DNA from: an uncultured Prevotellaceae bacterium | Lineage (GTDB): Bacteria > Bacteroidota > Bacteroidia > Bacteroidales > Bacteroidaceae | Assembly (NCBI GenBank): GCA_900318555.1 | Contig: ONKX01000023.1 | Location: 13,201 to 77,200, forward strand | Direction of reading: 5' to 3' | DNA length: 64,000 nt | Shown: positions 41,323 through 50,158 of the stretch, piece by piece | Layout of the letters: the number at the start of each line of letters is the position of its first letter | How positions within the stretch are numbered: the first letter of the stretch is position 1 | Notes under the pieces: generated by a model | The model's database searches: none | Seen by the model: only the letters and a program-made list of their open reading frames with translations | What the model was told of the DNA's origin: nothing | Program-made: the position numbers and the translations under genes

Positions 41323-42820
41323 CCATCTTTGCTAAATTAAACGGGTCATATTCTTCAGTCGTGAAAAGAACCCCATCATTAATTTTTGACCCAATGATTT
41401 CCCCGCCCTCTGTTGGTGGACGTAAGGATGGGTCATCACAATTATCAAAGCGAGTATACTCACCCTTAAACTCCATCATGATGATGCCCGTAGCACCTTT
41501 ACGATGCTTTGATATAATGACCTCGGCTTTATGATGATAGTCAATCAAACCATCAGAACTCATCATAATACCGTAATACTCTGGACGATGCAGGAATATA
41601 ACCATATCTGCATCCTGCTCAATGGCTCCTGATTCTCTAAGGTCAGACAGGTGTGGACGTTTACCTTCTGCTCCTTCGCGTGATTCCACACCACGGTTCA
41701 ACTGACTCAATGCAAGCACAGGTATGTTCAACTCCTTCGCTAAGCCTTTCAGCGAACGCGATATCAACGACACCTCTTCCTGCCGACTATAATATCTCAT
41801 ACCGCTGGCCGTCATCAGTTGCAGATAGTCAATCATAATCAGCCTGACACCATGTTCCTTCACCAATCTACGAGCTTTTGACCTCAAGTCCATGATAGAG
41901 AGCCCTTCCGAATCATCTATGTACAATGGAGCCTCCTTTAATAGTTCTATATTATTATCCAACTTTATCCAATCTTGGGTCTCCAAACGTCCATTTACCA
42001 GTTTCGTACCTTCTATCTTACATGCATTCGACATCAATCGGTTGGTCAACTGCACATCCGACATCTCCAGCGAAAAGAATGCCATTGGAATTTTTTGGTC
42101 GGCAGCAATGTTCTTCGCAAGCGAGAGCGCAAAAGCCGTCTTTCCCATTGCTGGGCGTCCGGCAATAATCACCAAGTCAGAGTTTTGCCAACCGCATGTT
42201 TTCTCGTCAAGTAGTGTAAAGCCTGTTGATATACCTGTAGTAGCCCCCGTGTTTTCATGGGCTATTTTCACCAACTCCACAGCTTTATCTACTATTGGTG
42301 ACAGCACAGAGTAATCCTTCTTCATGTTCTTCTGCGACAGTTCGAAGAGCGTACTTTCCGCTTCGTCCACAACATCTTTAATGTCATTTGTCTCGTCAAA
42401 GACTTTCTTCCCCACATCGCTGACGTAGCGTATCATTTGTCTGGCCAGATACTTTTCTGCCACGATATTCGTATGATACTCGATATTGGCAGATGTCGCC
42501 ACCATCGAACTTAGATCTGCAATATATCCTGGACCACCCACATCTTCGAGCTTGCCCATCTTTCCCAGTTTGTCCGTCACGGTTAGGACATCTATCGGAT
42601 AATCCTCCATGCTAAGACTGCGGATGGCATCATACACCATTTGGTTTCGTGGCTCATAGAAACTTTCAGGCACCAACTTGTCGCACACTTCCATATAGGC
42701 ATTTTTGTCTATCATCAATGCGCCCAACACAGCCTTCTCTACCTCAGGAGCCTGTGGTTGTACATGAGCAAACTCCATAGGTGTTTGTCTCATTGGTCTT
42801 TTGCGTTCATTACTGTTCAT
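41300..42820 (-). CDS. dnaB: Replicative DNA helicase DnaB (island-borne copy)
   Basis: EKAVLGALM, GRPAMGKT, FSLEM, IDYLQLM, LSQLNR, LRESGAIEQDAD. Confidence 0.95.
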   Translation of the reverse strand: MNSNERKRPMRQTPMEFAHVQPQAPEVEKAVLGALMIDKNAYMEVCDKLVPESFYEPRNQMVYDAIRSLSMEDYPIDVLTVTDKLGKMGKLEDVGGPGYIADLSSMVATSANIEYHTNIVAEKYLARQMIRYVSDVGKKVFDETNDIKDVVDEAESTLFELSQKNMKKDYSVLSPIVDKAVELVKIAHENTGATTGISTGFTLLDEKTCGWQNSDLVIIAGRPAMGKTAFALSLAKNIAADQKIPMAFFSLEMSDVQLTNRLMSNACKIEGTKLVNGRLETQDWIKLDNNIELLKEAPLYIDDSEGLSIMDLRSKARRLVKEHGVRLIMIDYLQLMTASGMRYYSRQEEVSLISRSLKGLAKELNIPVLALSQLNRGVESREGAEGKRPHLSDLRESGAIEQDADMVIFLHRPEYYGIMMSSDGLIDYHHKAEVIISKHRKGATGIIMMEFKGEYTRFDNCDDPSLRPPTEGGEIIGSKINDGVLFTTEEYDPFNLAKMDGDRGGD

Positions 42821-43223
42821 CTTTCATCTGCGCTTTTATCCATTTCTGATCGCTCTTGTTCGATTCCATAAAGGCATTGGCAATATCTGCCTTGTCTTTT
42901 CCCGCCTTATACCTTTCTTGCATTTCCGACCTAATTAGCGACACGTTGCCACTCTTCTTGTCTCTGAATTCCTCTATCAATTCTTCCGTCGACAAGTTCT
43001 TAATCCTTTCCTCGCGTTTCCCTAACTGCTCAGCAAACAACCTTCTGAATATTTCATCCTTCAGTATCTTGGCGTCCTTCATCCACCTGCTGCTATATAG
43101 CGCAAACAACTGTTCACGCGATAATCCTTCCAGCATATCTACACACTTTCTCAGTTCCGCATCATCCCATCCAGAATAATGCGCCTTCCTTGCCTGTTGC
43201 AAAATGTACTCGAAATCTGTCAT
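42810..43223 (-). CDS. Hypothetical helical protein overlapping dnaB start
   Basis: 137-aa ORF, 11-nt overlap with dnaB. Confidence 0.7.
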   Translation of the reverse strand: MTDFEYILQQARKAHYSGWDDAELRKCVDMLEGLSREQLFALYSSRWMKDAKILKDEIFRRLFAEQLGKREERIKNLSTEELIEEFRDKKSGNVSLIRSEMQERYKAGKDKADIANAFMESNKSDQKWIKAQMKDEQ

Positions 43224-43244
43224 ATTCCATTTTACCTTTTTTCT

Positions 43245-43379
43245 TCATGATAATATTTTTTGTGAGATGTATAAAACAAAGATGACAACATCAATAAACA
43301 TCACAGAGAGCAAACAGTTAATTCTCTGTTTCTTCTCCAACTCTTCTCTTGTCTTGTTTTCTAATACTGATTCCTTCAT
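43245..43379 (-). CDS. 44-aa small protein with one hydrophobic segment
   Basis: MKESVLENKTREELEKKQRINCLLSVMFIDVVIFVLYISQKILS; downstream of the -7 box at 43430-43437. Confidence 0.4.
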   Translation of the reverse strand: MKESVLENKTREELEKKQRINCLLSVMFIDVVIFVLYISQKILS

Positions 43380-43473
43380 AATTGTAAATTTTTAAATTAA
43401 CCAAACAAAATAATACTGAAATACATCTGCAAATTTAGCAAATAAGAGATACGGACAAGCACTAATTCCGAAA

Positions 43474-43507
43474 ACAAGCCTTGCGAAAAGCCTATCACAA
43501 GGCTTGT
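43474..43507. promoter_or_regulatory. Inverted repeat ACAAGCCTTG-N14-CAAGGCTTGT (operator and/or terminator)
   Basis: Half-site 48 bp upstream of a -7 box; same motif and spacing at 56407. Confidence 0.55.
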
Positions 43508-43518
43508 GGATTTGGTAT

Positions 43519-44052
43519 TTATTCCCATATCACAAGGTCTCGAGACAAAGAGATGCTTTTTACTCCACCTCGCGAACCTTTTATATAATAGTGCTCAGCC
43601 GTCCTGGCATCCATCACATTCAGAAATGCCTTCCTAATCCTAGCGCACTTCTCGTTGATGGAGTTAAGCAAGGGGTTTGTCACATCCTCAATACTTTGCA
43701 GTGCTCGCTCACTTAACCCCCATGGCCTTACCTCAGAGTATATCTTGGTCAGTTCTCTTCTGTAGTCTGGAAGATCCTTAAACACGATACCTTCAGGATG
43801 CGAAAGAAACAACAAATAGACTGCCTTGACGAGTGGCTCCATGTGAACTTCGACACGGTTATCTCCAAGGAAGATTCTGTAATTCTTGCTAATAGTAAGT
43901 TTGAGCAGAGGCTCTTCAGTATGTAAAAGAGAAGTAATTTCCTTCTCGCTCATACCATACTCCTTCAGTTTCTGAATTTTCTCTTTTACCTCTTTCACAA
44001 GAATGTTGTAGAGTTTCTGCTTTTCGTCGTTGTTGATGTCTGTGTTTGTCAT
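43519..44052 (-). CDS. Putative winged-HTH transcriptional regulator
   Basis: EPLVKAVYLLFL.HPEGI...SINEKCARIRKAF...YYIKG resembles an OmpR-type wHTH. Confidence 0.6.
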   Translation of the reverse strand: MTNTDINNDEKQKLYNILVKEVKEKIQKLKEYGMSEKEITSLLHTEEPLLKLTISKNYRIFLGDNRVEVHMEPLVKAVYLLFLSHPEGIVFKDLPDYRRELTKIYSEVRPWGLSERALQSIEDVTNPLLNSINEKCARIRKAFLNVMDARTAEHYYIKGSRGGVKSISLSRDLVIWE

Positions 44053-44112
44053 AGTAGCTAGGTTTTATGGTTGTTGTTCTGGTTAATGTGGTTCTCATTG
44101 TTGGTACTTGGC

Positions 44113-46155
44113 TCATTCGAATACCTGCCTTCTAATGAGTCGAAGCAGGTATTCAACTGCCTTTGGAGCCTTTTCTCGTGCTGTCGCCAACTTCTGAGCG
44201 AACTCCTCATTAGCGATGTCCGAGTTGAAGTCATCCACCAGTTCACGAGGGTCATCTGATGTCTTTACCAGCGACAATCCCTTTCGCTTCATTAGGAGGC
44301 GGAGCGATAGAATTCCCTTGTCATACTTGGGTCTTGCTTTGATCAGTTCCTGCATCAGGTTCAGGCCAGGATCGCCAATATGCATCTCGTTGAGCACGGC
44401 TATCATGTAAAGGACCTTCGCATCAGGTGTTGACATATCGAACACGTCGCCCATCAACACGTTCACGGCATCTGCCTCTTGATAGCGTTCGAGTTTTGCA
44501 AGACAGCGTGACTTCACATATAGTGCCTCCTGACACTGATGCTGCGCCAGCACACTATCAGCATACGCTAATGCCTGCTCATACTCACCGGCATAGAGGC
44601 TCAGCAATGCAACTAGGAACTTTGGTGCCCAGTGATCAGCAGCCATCAACTCTGTCGGCACTTCGTCTATGCTTCCGAAGAGTTCTTCGTCGCAGATAAC
44701 GGTGTCGAGGAATCGCTTTGCCTGCTGCATAGCCTCCTTGATGTCACCTGCCACAGCTTTCTTCTGCACCAGCATCAGATACTGCTTGGCTGCTTCATCA
44801 TAGTCGTTGTGAGCCAGCAACTGATAAACGGCCTTACCACTCTCAATCTCGCTATTGATGACTTTCTCATCGTTATAGCTGCTGGCGTATGACAATACCT
44901 CACGACTCGTATGGGCATACTGAGGAATGATGCAACGAGAAAGGAACAGTCCACCCAACGAACGCACACGGCTCAGAGCCACATAGAGTTGTCCAGCAGC
45001 GAACATGCCTCTACTCAGGTCAAGATACAACTTGTCGAAGGTCATACCTTGACTCTTGTGTACTGTGATGGCCCAAGCCAAACGAAGCGGATACTGGGTG
45101 AAGGTACCCATCAGTTCCTTCTTCATCTTACGAGCCTCTTTGTCGTACTCGTAACTATATGATTCCCACGAGCAATTGGGTACAACATAGGTGTCGCCAC
45201 TATCCGTTGTTACCTTTATCTCATCCTTTGAGAGTTTGCTCACGGTTCCGATGGTACCATTGACCCAACGTTTCTTGGGGTCGTTACGAGTGAGCATCAC
45301 CTGAGCACCCACCTTCAGTTTCAGTGTCATATCCACAGGGAATCGCTTTTCCTCGAACTTACCAGTGACAGTACCTTCGTAGGTGAACTCCTCAGCCTCG
45401 ATCTTAGCGAGTTTCTTCTGATTGATGTCATCAGCAGTCCTATTGAGAGATGCCAGTGTAATCACTGTACCATCCTCCTTCGTAGGCTGACACACACGCT
45501 CATTCAGTCGCATCAGAATCTCTGGAGTTGTCTTGTTAAGACGGATGCTCTCTAGAATTTTGAGGAAAGCCTCATCTTCCTGACGATACACCTTCTGGAA
45601 CTCAATCTTCACCATTCGCATGCGCTTGATGACGTCTGCCTTGTAGAAGAAGCAATCGTCCGCATGATAGAGATCGTGCATCAAATCACTTTCTACACCC
45701 TTCTTTAGCACTGGTGGCAACTGGAACATGTCACCTACGAAGATGACCTGCTTACCTCCAAAGGGAAGTGATGAGCGCAGTGTCTTTCGCATCGTGTAGT
45801 CGATGGCATCAATGATGTCGCAACGAACCATCGAGACCTCATCTATAATAATGGTGTCTGTATGAATCAGCGTCAGGATTCTTGCCTCGTTCATCTTGCC
45901 CATCGTACCTGGCGTGCAGACATCCATCGGCAGTCCAAAGAATGAGTGAATGGTATCACCACCTGCCAGAATTGCTGCCACGCCGGTAGGAGCCAGTGTG
46001 ATAAACTGCTTATCCACCATCTTCTGCACATTGCGCAAGAAGGTTGTCTTACCTGTTCCTGCACGTCCTGTGAGGAAGAAACTACTGTTCGTGTTAGCAA
46101 TCAGGTCGTATGCCTGCAACTGCTGCTTGTTCTCTTGGTCGATCATGTTCTCCAT
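44113..46155 (-). CDS. Pif1/RecD-like SF1B helicase with C-terminal TPR-like region
   Basis: GRAGTGKT, APTGVAA, DEVSM, GDMFQLPPV, TVHKSQG, YVALSR. Confidence 0.9.
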   Translation of the reverse strand: MENMIDQENKQQLQAYDLIANTNSSFFLTGRAGTGKTTFLRNVQKMVDKQFITLAPTGVAAILAGGDTIHSFFGLPMDVCTPGTMGKMNEARILTLIHTDTIIIDEVSMVRCDIIDAIDYTMRKTLRSSLPFGGKQVIFVGDMFQLPPVLKKGVESDLMHDLYHADDCFFYKADVIKRMRMVKIEFQKVYRQEDEAFLKILESIRLNKTTPEILMRLNERVCQPTKEDGTVITLASLNRTADDINQKKLAKIEAEEFTYEGTVTGKFEEKRFPVDMTLKLKVGAQVMLTRNDPKKRWVNGTIGTVSKLSKDEIKVTTDSGDTYVVPNCSWESYSYEYDKEARKMKKELMGTFTQYPLRLAWAITVHKSQGMTFDKLYLDLSRGMFAAGQLYVALSRVRSLGGLFLSRCIIPQYAHTSREVLSYASSYNDEKVINSEIESGKAVYQLLAHNDYDEAAKQYLMLVQKKAVAGDIKEAMQQAKRFLDTVICDEELFGSIDEVPTELMAADHWAPKFLVALLSLYAGEYEQALAYADSVLAQHQCQEALYVKSRCLAKLERYQEADAVNVLMGDVFDMSTPDAKVLYMIAVLNEMHIGDPGLNLMQELIKARPKYDKGILSLRLLMKRKGLSLVKTSDDPRELVDDFNSDIANEEFAQKLATAREKAPKAVEYLLRLIRRQVFE

Positions 46156-46157
46156 AG

Positions 46158-46664
46158 TTATCGCTGTTCTAGTTTTGGAAGAATCTGGGTTAAACGTGTG
46201 TTGAAGTCTGGATCAAGGAAGCTCTTGTAGCATCCGTTGATCAGTTCAGAGGCCTGCGCTGCAATCTGCTCTACTGGATTGCAGATCCGCTGAGTTTTCA
46301 TGACGCCTGTCAGATAGTCCTTTACCATCTGCTCCGATTCCTGACGGATAAATTCCTCGTTGCGGAACACCTTGTCGTAGTCACGCTTCTGGATGAGTTC
46401 CATCTTCTGGCCATTGAAAGCGTAGAGTTCTATGCTGTCAATGTACGTCCAGCTGTGATACAGTCCCACCTTTTCCAAGATGACAATGCGGTCGCAGAAG
46501 CGGATGCCGCGATAGTAGCGGTGACCGTTACCACTTTCATACTCGTCGCAGATGAACATCTTCTGGCTGTCATCCCAGACGGGAATATGAACTCGCGGAT
46601 TGCCAAAAGATGGCAGAATGCTGTCAAACAGGTTCTTGTTGATTGCCTTTGTTAGTGTAGCCAT
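46158..46664 (-). CDS. Hypothetical protein (paralogue of 46720-47166)
   Basis: End-to-end similarity with its neighbour. Confidence 0.8.
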   Translation of the reverse strand: MATLTKAINKNLFDSILPSFGNPRVHIPVWDDSQKMFICDEYESGNGHRYYRGIRFCDRIVILEKVGLYHSWTYIDSIELYAFNGQKMELIQKRDYDKVFRNEEFIRQESEQMVKDYLTGVMKTQRICNPVEQIAAQASELINGCYKSFLDPDFNTRLTQILPKLEQR

Positions 46665-46719
46665 GTCTTTTCGGTTTAATGGTTAAACATTCAGTTATCT
46701 TCTTCACAGGCAGTAGCCC

Positions 46720-47166
46720 TTAGGCTAACTGCTTGCGTTGAGTCTCCTCTATCATATTTCGAGCATATAAATATATCTCCTGCTCGCTGACGTATGATCC
46801 TTGTATCTTCAGCTGCCCTTCCAAGAAGTTCTTCAGCATTAAGATACTCTGCTCTTTGGCGAACTGCTCAGAGAATACTTTCCAGTCATCACCATTCCAG
46901 CATTTCTGGGCAATGAAGTTCGACTTTTGTCCATCGAAGCAGAATAGTTTGATGCCATTCAGGAAGGTGTACTTATACCCTAGACTAAGATCGTAATATA
47001 CGACCAGATGGTCTGAGAAACGAATAGCTTTAAAGTACGTGTTACCACTAGCACAAGTATACCCAGGAGTAACAAACATGTTCCTTGATGGACTATAGGT
47101 TAATGACTCGCCCGAGAGGGCCGGAAGGCTTTTTGCCACGATTGTCTGAAGTGCAGTATTGTTCAT
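46720..47166 (-). CDS. Hypothetical protein (paralogue of 46158-46664)
   Basis: Shared MF...Y...G..Y...IRF.D...T....I.L..F.GQK pattern. Confidence 0.8.
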   Translation of the reverse strand: MNNTALQTIVAKSLPALSGESLTYSPSRNMFVTPGYTCASGNTYFKAIRFSDHLVVYYDLSLGYKYTFLNGIKLFCFDGQKSNFIAQKCWNGDDWKVFSEQFAKEQSILMLKNFLEGQLKIQGSYVSEQEIYLYARNMIEETQRKQLA

Positions 47167-47204
47167 AGCTTTCAGTTTTTATGGTTAGACATTAAGGTTT
47201 AGAA

Positions 47205-47468
47205 TCACGATGCAAAATTACAAACTTTCTGGTAATCGTCCAAGGCTTTTTCCCAATTTAATTGTTCCATGTCTTCAGGAACAAATACCTTACTCAATCT
47301 GTGATTTGCCTGAGCCTGACGCTTTTCGAGTATTCTTCGAATGATGCGATCTTGTACGCTGGCAGACTTTACCTGACTCTTCATACTCAGGTTGATGAAC
47401 TTGCTTTCATTCACGACTGCATTTGTCATGTTTGTTTTATTAATGTAGGTTGTCTGATAATATTTCAT
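47205..47468 (-). CDS. Small hypothetical protein (3' half overlaps a promoter and operator)
   Basis: Follows the conserved leader with an A-rich start context. Confidence 0.45.
   Translation of the reverse strand: MKYYQTTYINKTNMTNAVVNESKFINLSMKSQVKSASVQDRIIRRILEKRQAQANHRLSKVFVPEDMEQLNWEKALDDYQKVCNFAS
47260..47286. promoter_or_regulatory. Operator-like palindrome AATTGTTCC-N9-GGAACAAAT
   Basis: 40 bp from TAATTTTG box (47213-47220); twin at 49004. Confidence 0.7.
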
Positions 47469-47483
47469 GGTTTTGTTGTTTTT

Positions 47484-47552
47484 AGGTTCCCGCTACTCAG
47501 TATCTGTAGCACCAATTTCTAGGCGGTATCGAAGATTGACGTTGCAAAGATA
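47484..47552 (-). promoter_or_regulatory. Promoter plus conserved 5' leader, copy A
   Basis: About 53/69 identical to 48897-48964 by manual alignment. Confidence 0.7.
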
Positions 47553-47594
47553 TGCTTTTTTAGTAATCCAATAAGGATATTTTTTTTAATGGGT

Positions 47595-47626
47595 CCTTCT
47601 CTGGTGGAAATTTCCACCAGAGAAGG
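47595..47626. promoter_or_regulatory. Perfect 32-bp palindrome CCTTCTCTGGTGGAAATTTCCACCAGAGAAGG (terminator or operator)
   Basis: Read directly; lies just after the DUF3825 stop. Confidence 0.7.
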
Positions 47627-47639
47627 TCTCATCCCCTTC

Positions 47640-48881
47640 CTAAAGAATCGTATCCGGATTCAGCCACGTGTCATCAGGCTTAGCGATGAGGCGAGCATTC
47701 TGATAGACAGCATCCAACGGTAGGATTGTCTCAGGGGTGTAATACTCATTTTCCTTATCTGGAGTGAGTATAAGTGCAAAGTCCGGTTTACTGCTATAGG
47801 TGCCTTTCAGGTAGATGGGCATCAACAGTTGGATCTTACCCGTCTGAGGACGGTACATGGGGACAATGAACTTGTAGTTGCGCTGAGCTATGGCGACAGC
47901 AAAAGTGATAGCATCATCCAATTTACGCCCAAGTTCATCCGAAGATGCGGATTGCATATCCACAGGGAAACGTTGCCGACGTTCCTCAATAATATGGGTG
48001 AACTTGTCGAAATCCTTGTCTATTGCCCATGTAGGTTGATAGATTACCTCTTCTACTTTCTCGAAGAAACAAGGCTGTTCTGGCTTTGCATCACGAGCGA
48101 AACCAAGTTTGCGCAACTCCAGTTCCTTTTTCACACGACGAGGATTCATCAGTAACTCACTACCATCTTTCTGTTTGTGGATTTCCACTACGATAAGTAT
48201 TTCGTGGAAAAACTTATCCAACAGGTTGGTGTTGAAAAGGAGGTGCTTCCCATCCTGACTATATACGAGTTTGTTCTTCGCACCTTTCTCTGCCTCCTTT
48301 TTGAGAACCTCGAAGGTATTTTCAATGTACGATTTCAGGATAGGGTGGTTGACCGTAGATGGTTTGTTCTTGAATGACCACGTCTCAGGAATAGTGCTGG
48401 CGGCAATGTCCTCAAGGAATGCAAGTCCGTCTTCTTCACTTTTGAAGTAGAGATCTCCCCAATGAAACATTCTATCTGCACGAATTTTAACCTCAAGCGC
48501 CGCCTTTGTCCCCCAATTAACGCCTCTGAAGGTTGCGTCTTTGCCCTTGCGCTCGAACCAACCGATGATGGGATCTCCCGTTTGATTCGTCAAGCCAGTG
48601 TCAAAGTACAAATAGGTGGCATCTTTCTTTCTGACAGCCTCGCCCGAACGAGTCTTATCGTAACCATATCTGTTTAGGTAAACGATGCTTGCACCATCAA
48701 CGATAGTATTGAGTTCTGCTGTACTCACTTGCTTTTCGTCGGCAAGCATCTTGTTGAGTTCAGCCTTGCAAGTACATAGGTTAGTCACATAGCCAAGTTT
48801 CAAAAGGCCTGCCTTTGGGCTTGACTGATTATTCACTCGGGTCTGTGCCCCTTCGTTTTTGTTGGTCATCTGATTATTCAT
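47640..48881 (-). CDS. DUF3825 domain protein
   Basis: ILKSYIENTF, FNTNLLD, RNYKFIVPMY, IQLLMPI, TILPL..VYQNARLIAKP...WL. Confidence 0.82.
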   Translation of the reverse strand: MNNQMTNKNEGAQTRVNNQSSPKAGLLKLGYVTNLCTCKAELNKMLADEKQVSTAELNTIVDGASIVYLNRYGYDKTRSGEAVRKKDATYLYFDTGLTNQTGDPIIGWFERKGKDATFRGVNWGTKAALEVKIRADRMFHWGDLYFKSEEDGLAFLEDIAASTIPETWSFKNKPSTVNHPILKSYIENTFEVLKKEAEKGAKNKLVYSQDGKHLLFNTNLLDKFFHEILIVVEIHKQKDGSELLMNPRRVKKELELRKLGFARDAKPEQPCFFEKVEEVIYQPTWAIDKDFDKFTHIIEERRQRFPVDMQSASSDELGRKLDDAITFAVAIAQRNYKFIVPMYRPQTGKIQLLMPIYLKGTYSSKPDFALILTPDKENEYYTPETILPLDAVYQNARLIAKPDDTWLNPDTIL

Positions 48882-48896
48882 GTTTTTCTCAGATTA

Positions 48897-48964
48897 AGGT
48901 TCCCGTCAAACAGCTTTTGCAGCATCAACCTCGAGACGTATCGATGATTGACGCTGCAAAGATA
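48897..48964 (-). promoter_or_regulatory. Promoter plus conserved 5' leader, copy B
   Basis: TATCTTTG box; similar to 47484-47552. Confidence 0.7.
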
Positions 48965-49003
48965 AGATGTTTTTAGCAATAAAAAAAGTAAAATTTCAAT
49001 TTT

Positions 49004-49030
49004 AATTGTTCCATACCCCAGGGAACAATT
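49004..49030. promoter_or_regulatory. Operator-like palindrome AATTGTTCC-N9-GGAACAATT
   Basis: Perfect 9-bp arms, 40 bp from TATCTTTG box. Confidence 0.75.
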
Positions 49031-49053
49031 CTATGACTCCACAAATAAGCTCA

Positions 49054-50139
49054 TTAATGGCCATTTTTATAAAAATCAGCCATTTTCTCAATCCTTTCCC
49101 TAAAGATGTCGCGGACTTCTATCGGAGCTACGATTTCCAGTCCATCACCCATTTGTAATATGCGCCCAATAAACTCGTTGTTAACCTCTACATCAATACT
49201 AAACTCTCCATAGACTCCATCGCCATGTTCTTCAAATGGGAGAACGGTTTCCTGGCTTTTATGGAGTTCCTTCGTTTCCATTAGTTTAAATATATAAAAT
49301 GAATGCGCGCGCACACGTATCTCTCCAAAATAATTGCCTTCCCGATGACTTACACCTACGATTTTCTCGAAAAATGCTTCATAGAACCTATCTGGTGCGC
49401 AGATAAACTCTTTATCATATACCTCTCTTGGCTTACTGACGATTCTATCTAAAGCCAGATCAACCCCTTCTTTGGGTTCTGGTTCCTCTACATACCCGAA
49501 CAAATGCCAACGTCCATTATACTCTTTCAAGTAATGAGGGTGGAAAATGAGAGTTACCTTTTCTTCATCATAAGGCTTGTAGTCAATAGAAAGGACTTGG
49601 CGATTTTTGATGTACTCATATAGCATAGGAAGGTATTCAATATTGGTCTGATGTCTATCAACACTAGAATTAATCACTTGCTTCCCCCTTTTCTTCTTCG
49701 TTTTAATAGAAATCAAATCCTGACAATCCGCAAGATAATACTCCAACCACGTTTCTGGCAAGAAACCTGCAGAGTCCTGACAAAACTCCCAATACTTTTT
49801 TAAATCTTTGATGACTCTTGCATTAATCATTGCAGCAAGTGGGTTGTTATTCTCACCTACATAGCGGAATTTCCTGTTCTTAACACTGCCTTGTACCTCA
49901 ATACTGCCTTCACCCACCTCATTAATAATCGCATTGAAGACATCACGGAAAGCTTTCCTTAGTTCACCATAATCTTCACAATAAGATACGAGATTAGGTA
50001 ACATATCTGCAGATATTAACATGCGATCTGCCATAACATCCGCATAAGTAAACCACTCACGACTCATAAACCTTTTATAGGTATGTGTTGCAAACTGAGA
50101 TCTAGCATTCCCGCCATCAAAAAGATAATCTTTAGCCAT
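49054..50139 (-). CDS. WYL-domain transcriptional regulator (alternative start 50178)
   Basis: LSIDYKPY, HPHYLKEYNGRWHLFG, LALDRI, WCX tail LEIVAP.EVR. Confidence 0.9.
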   Translation of the reverse strand: MAKDYLFDGGNARSQFATHTYKRFMSREWFTYADVMADRMLISADMLPNLVSYCEDYGELRKAFRDVFNAIINEVGEGSIEVQGSVKNRKFRYVGENNNPLAAMINARVIKDLKKYWEFCQDSAGFLPETWLEYYLADCQDLISIKTKKKRGKQVINSSVDRHQTNIEYLPMLYEYIKNRQVLSIDYKPYDEEKVTLIFHPHYLKEYNGRWHLFGYVEEPEPKEGVDLALDRIVSKPREVYDKEFICAPDRFYEAFFEKIVGVSHREGNYFGEIRVRAHSFYIFKLMETKELHKSQETVLPFEEHGDGVYGEFSIDVEVNNEFIGRILQMGDGLEIVAPIEVRDIFRERIEKMADFYKNGH

Positions 50140-50158
50140 ATTGGAAATTTTTGGTATG

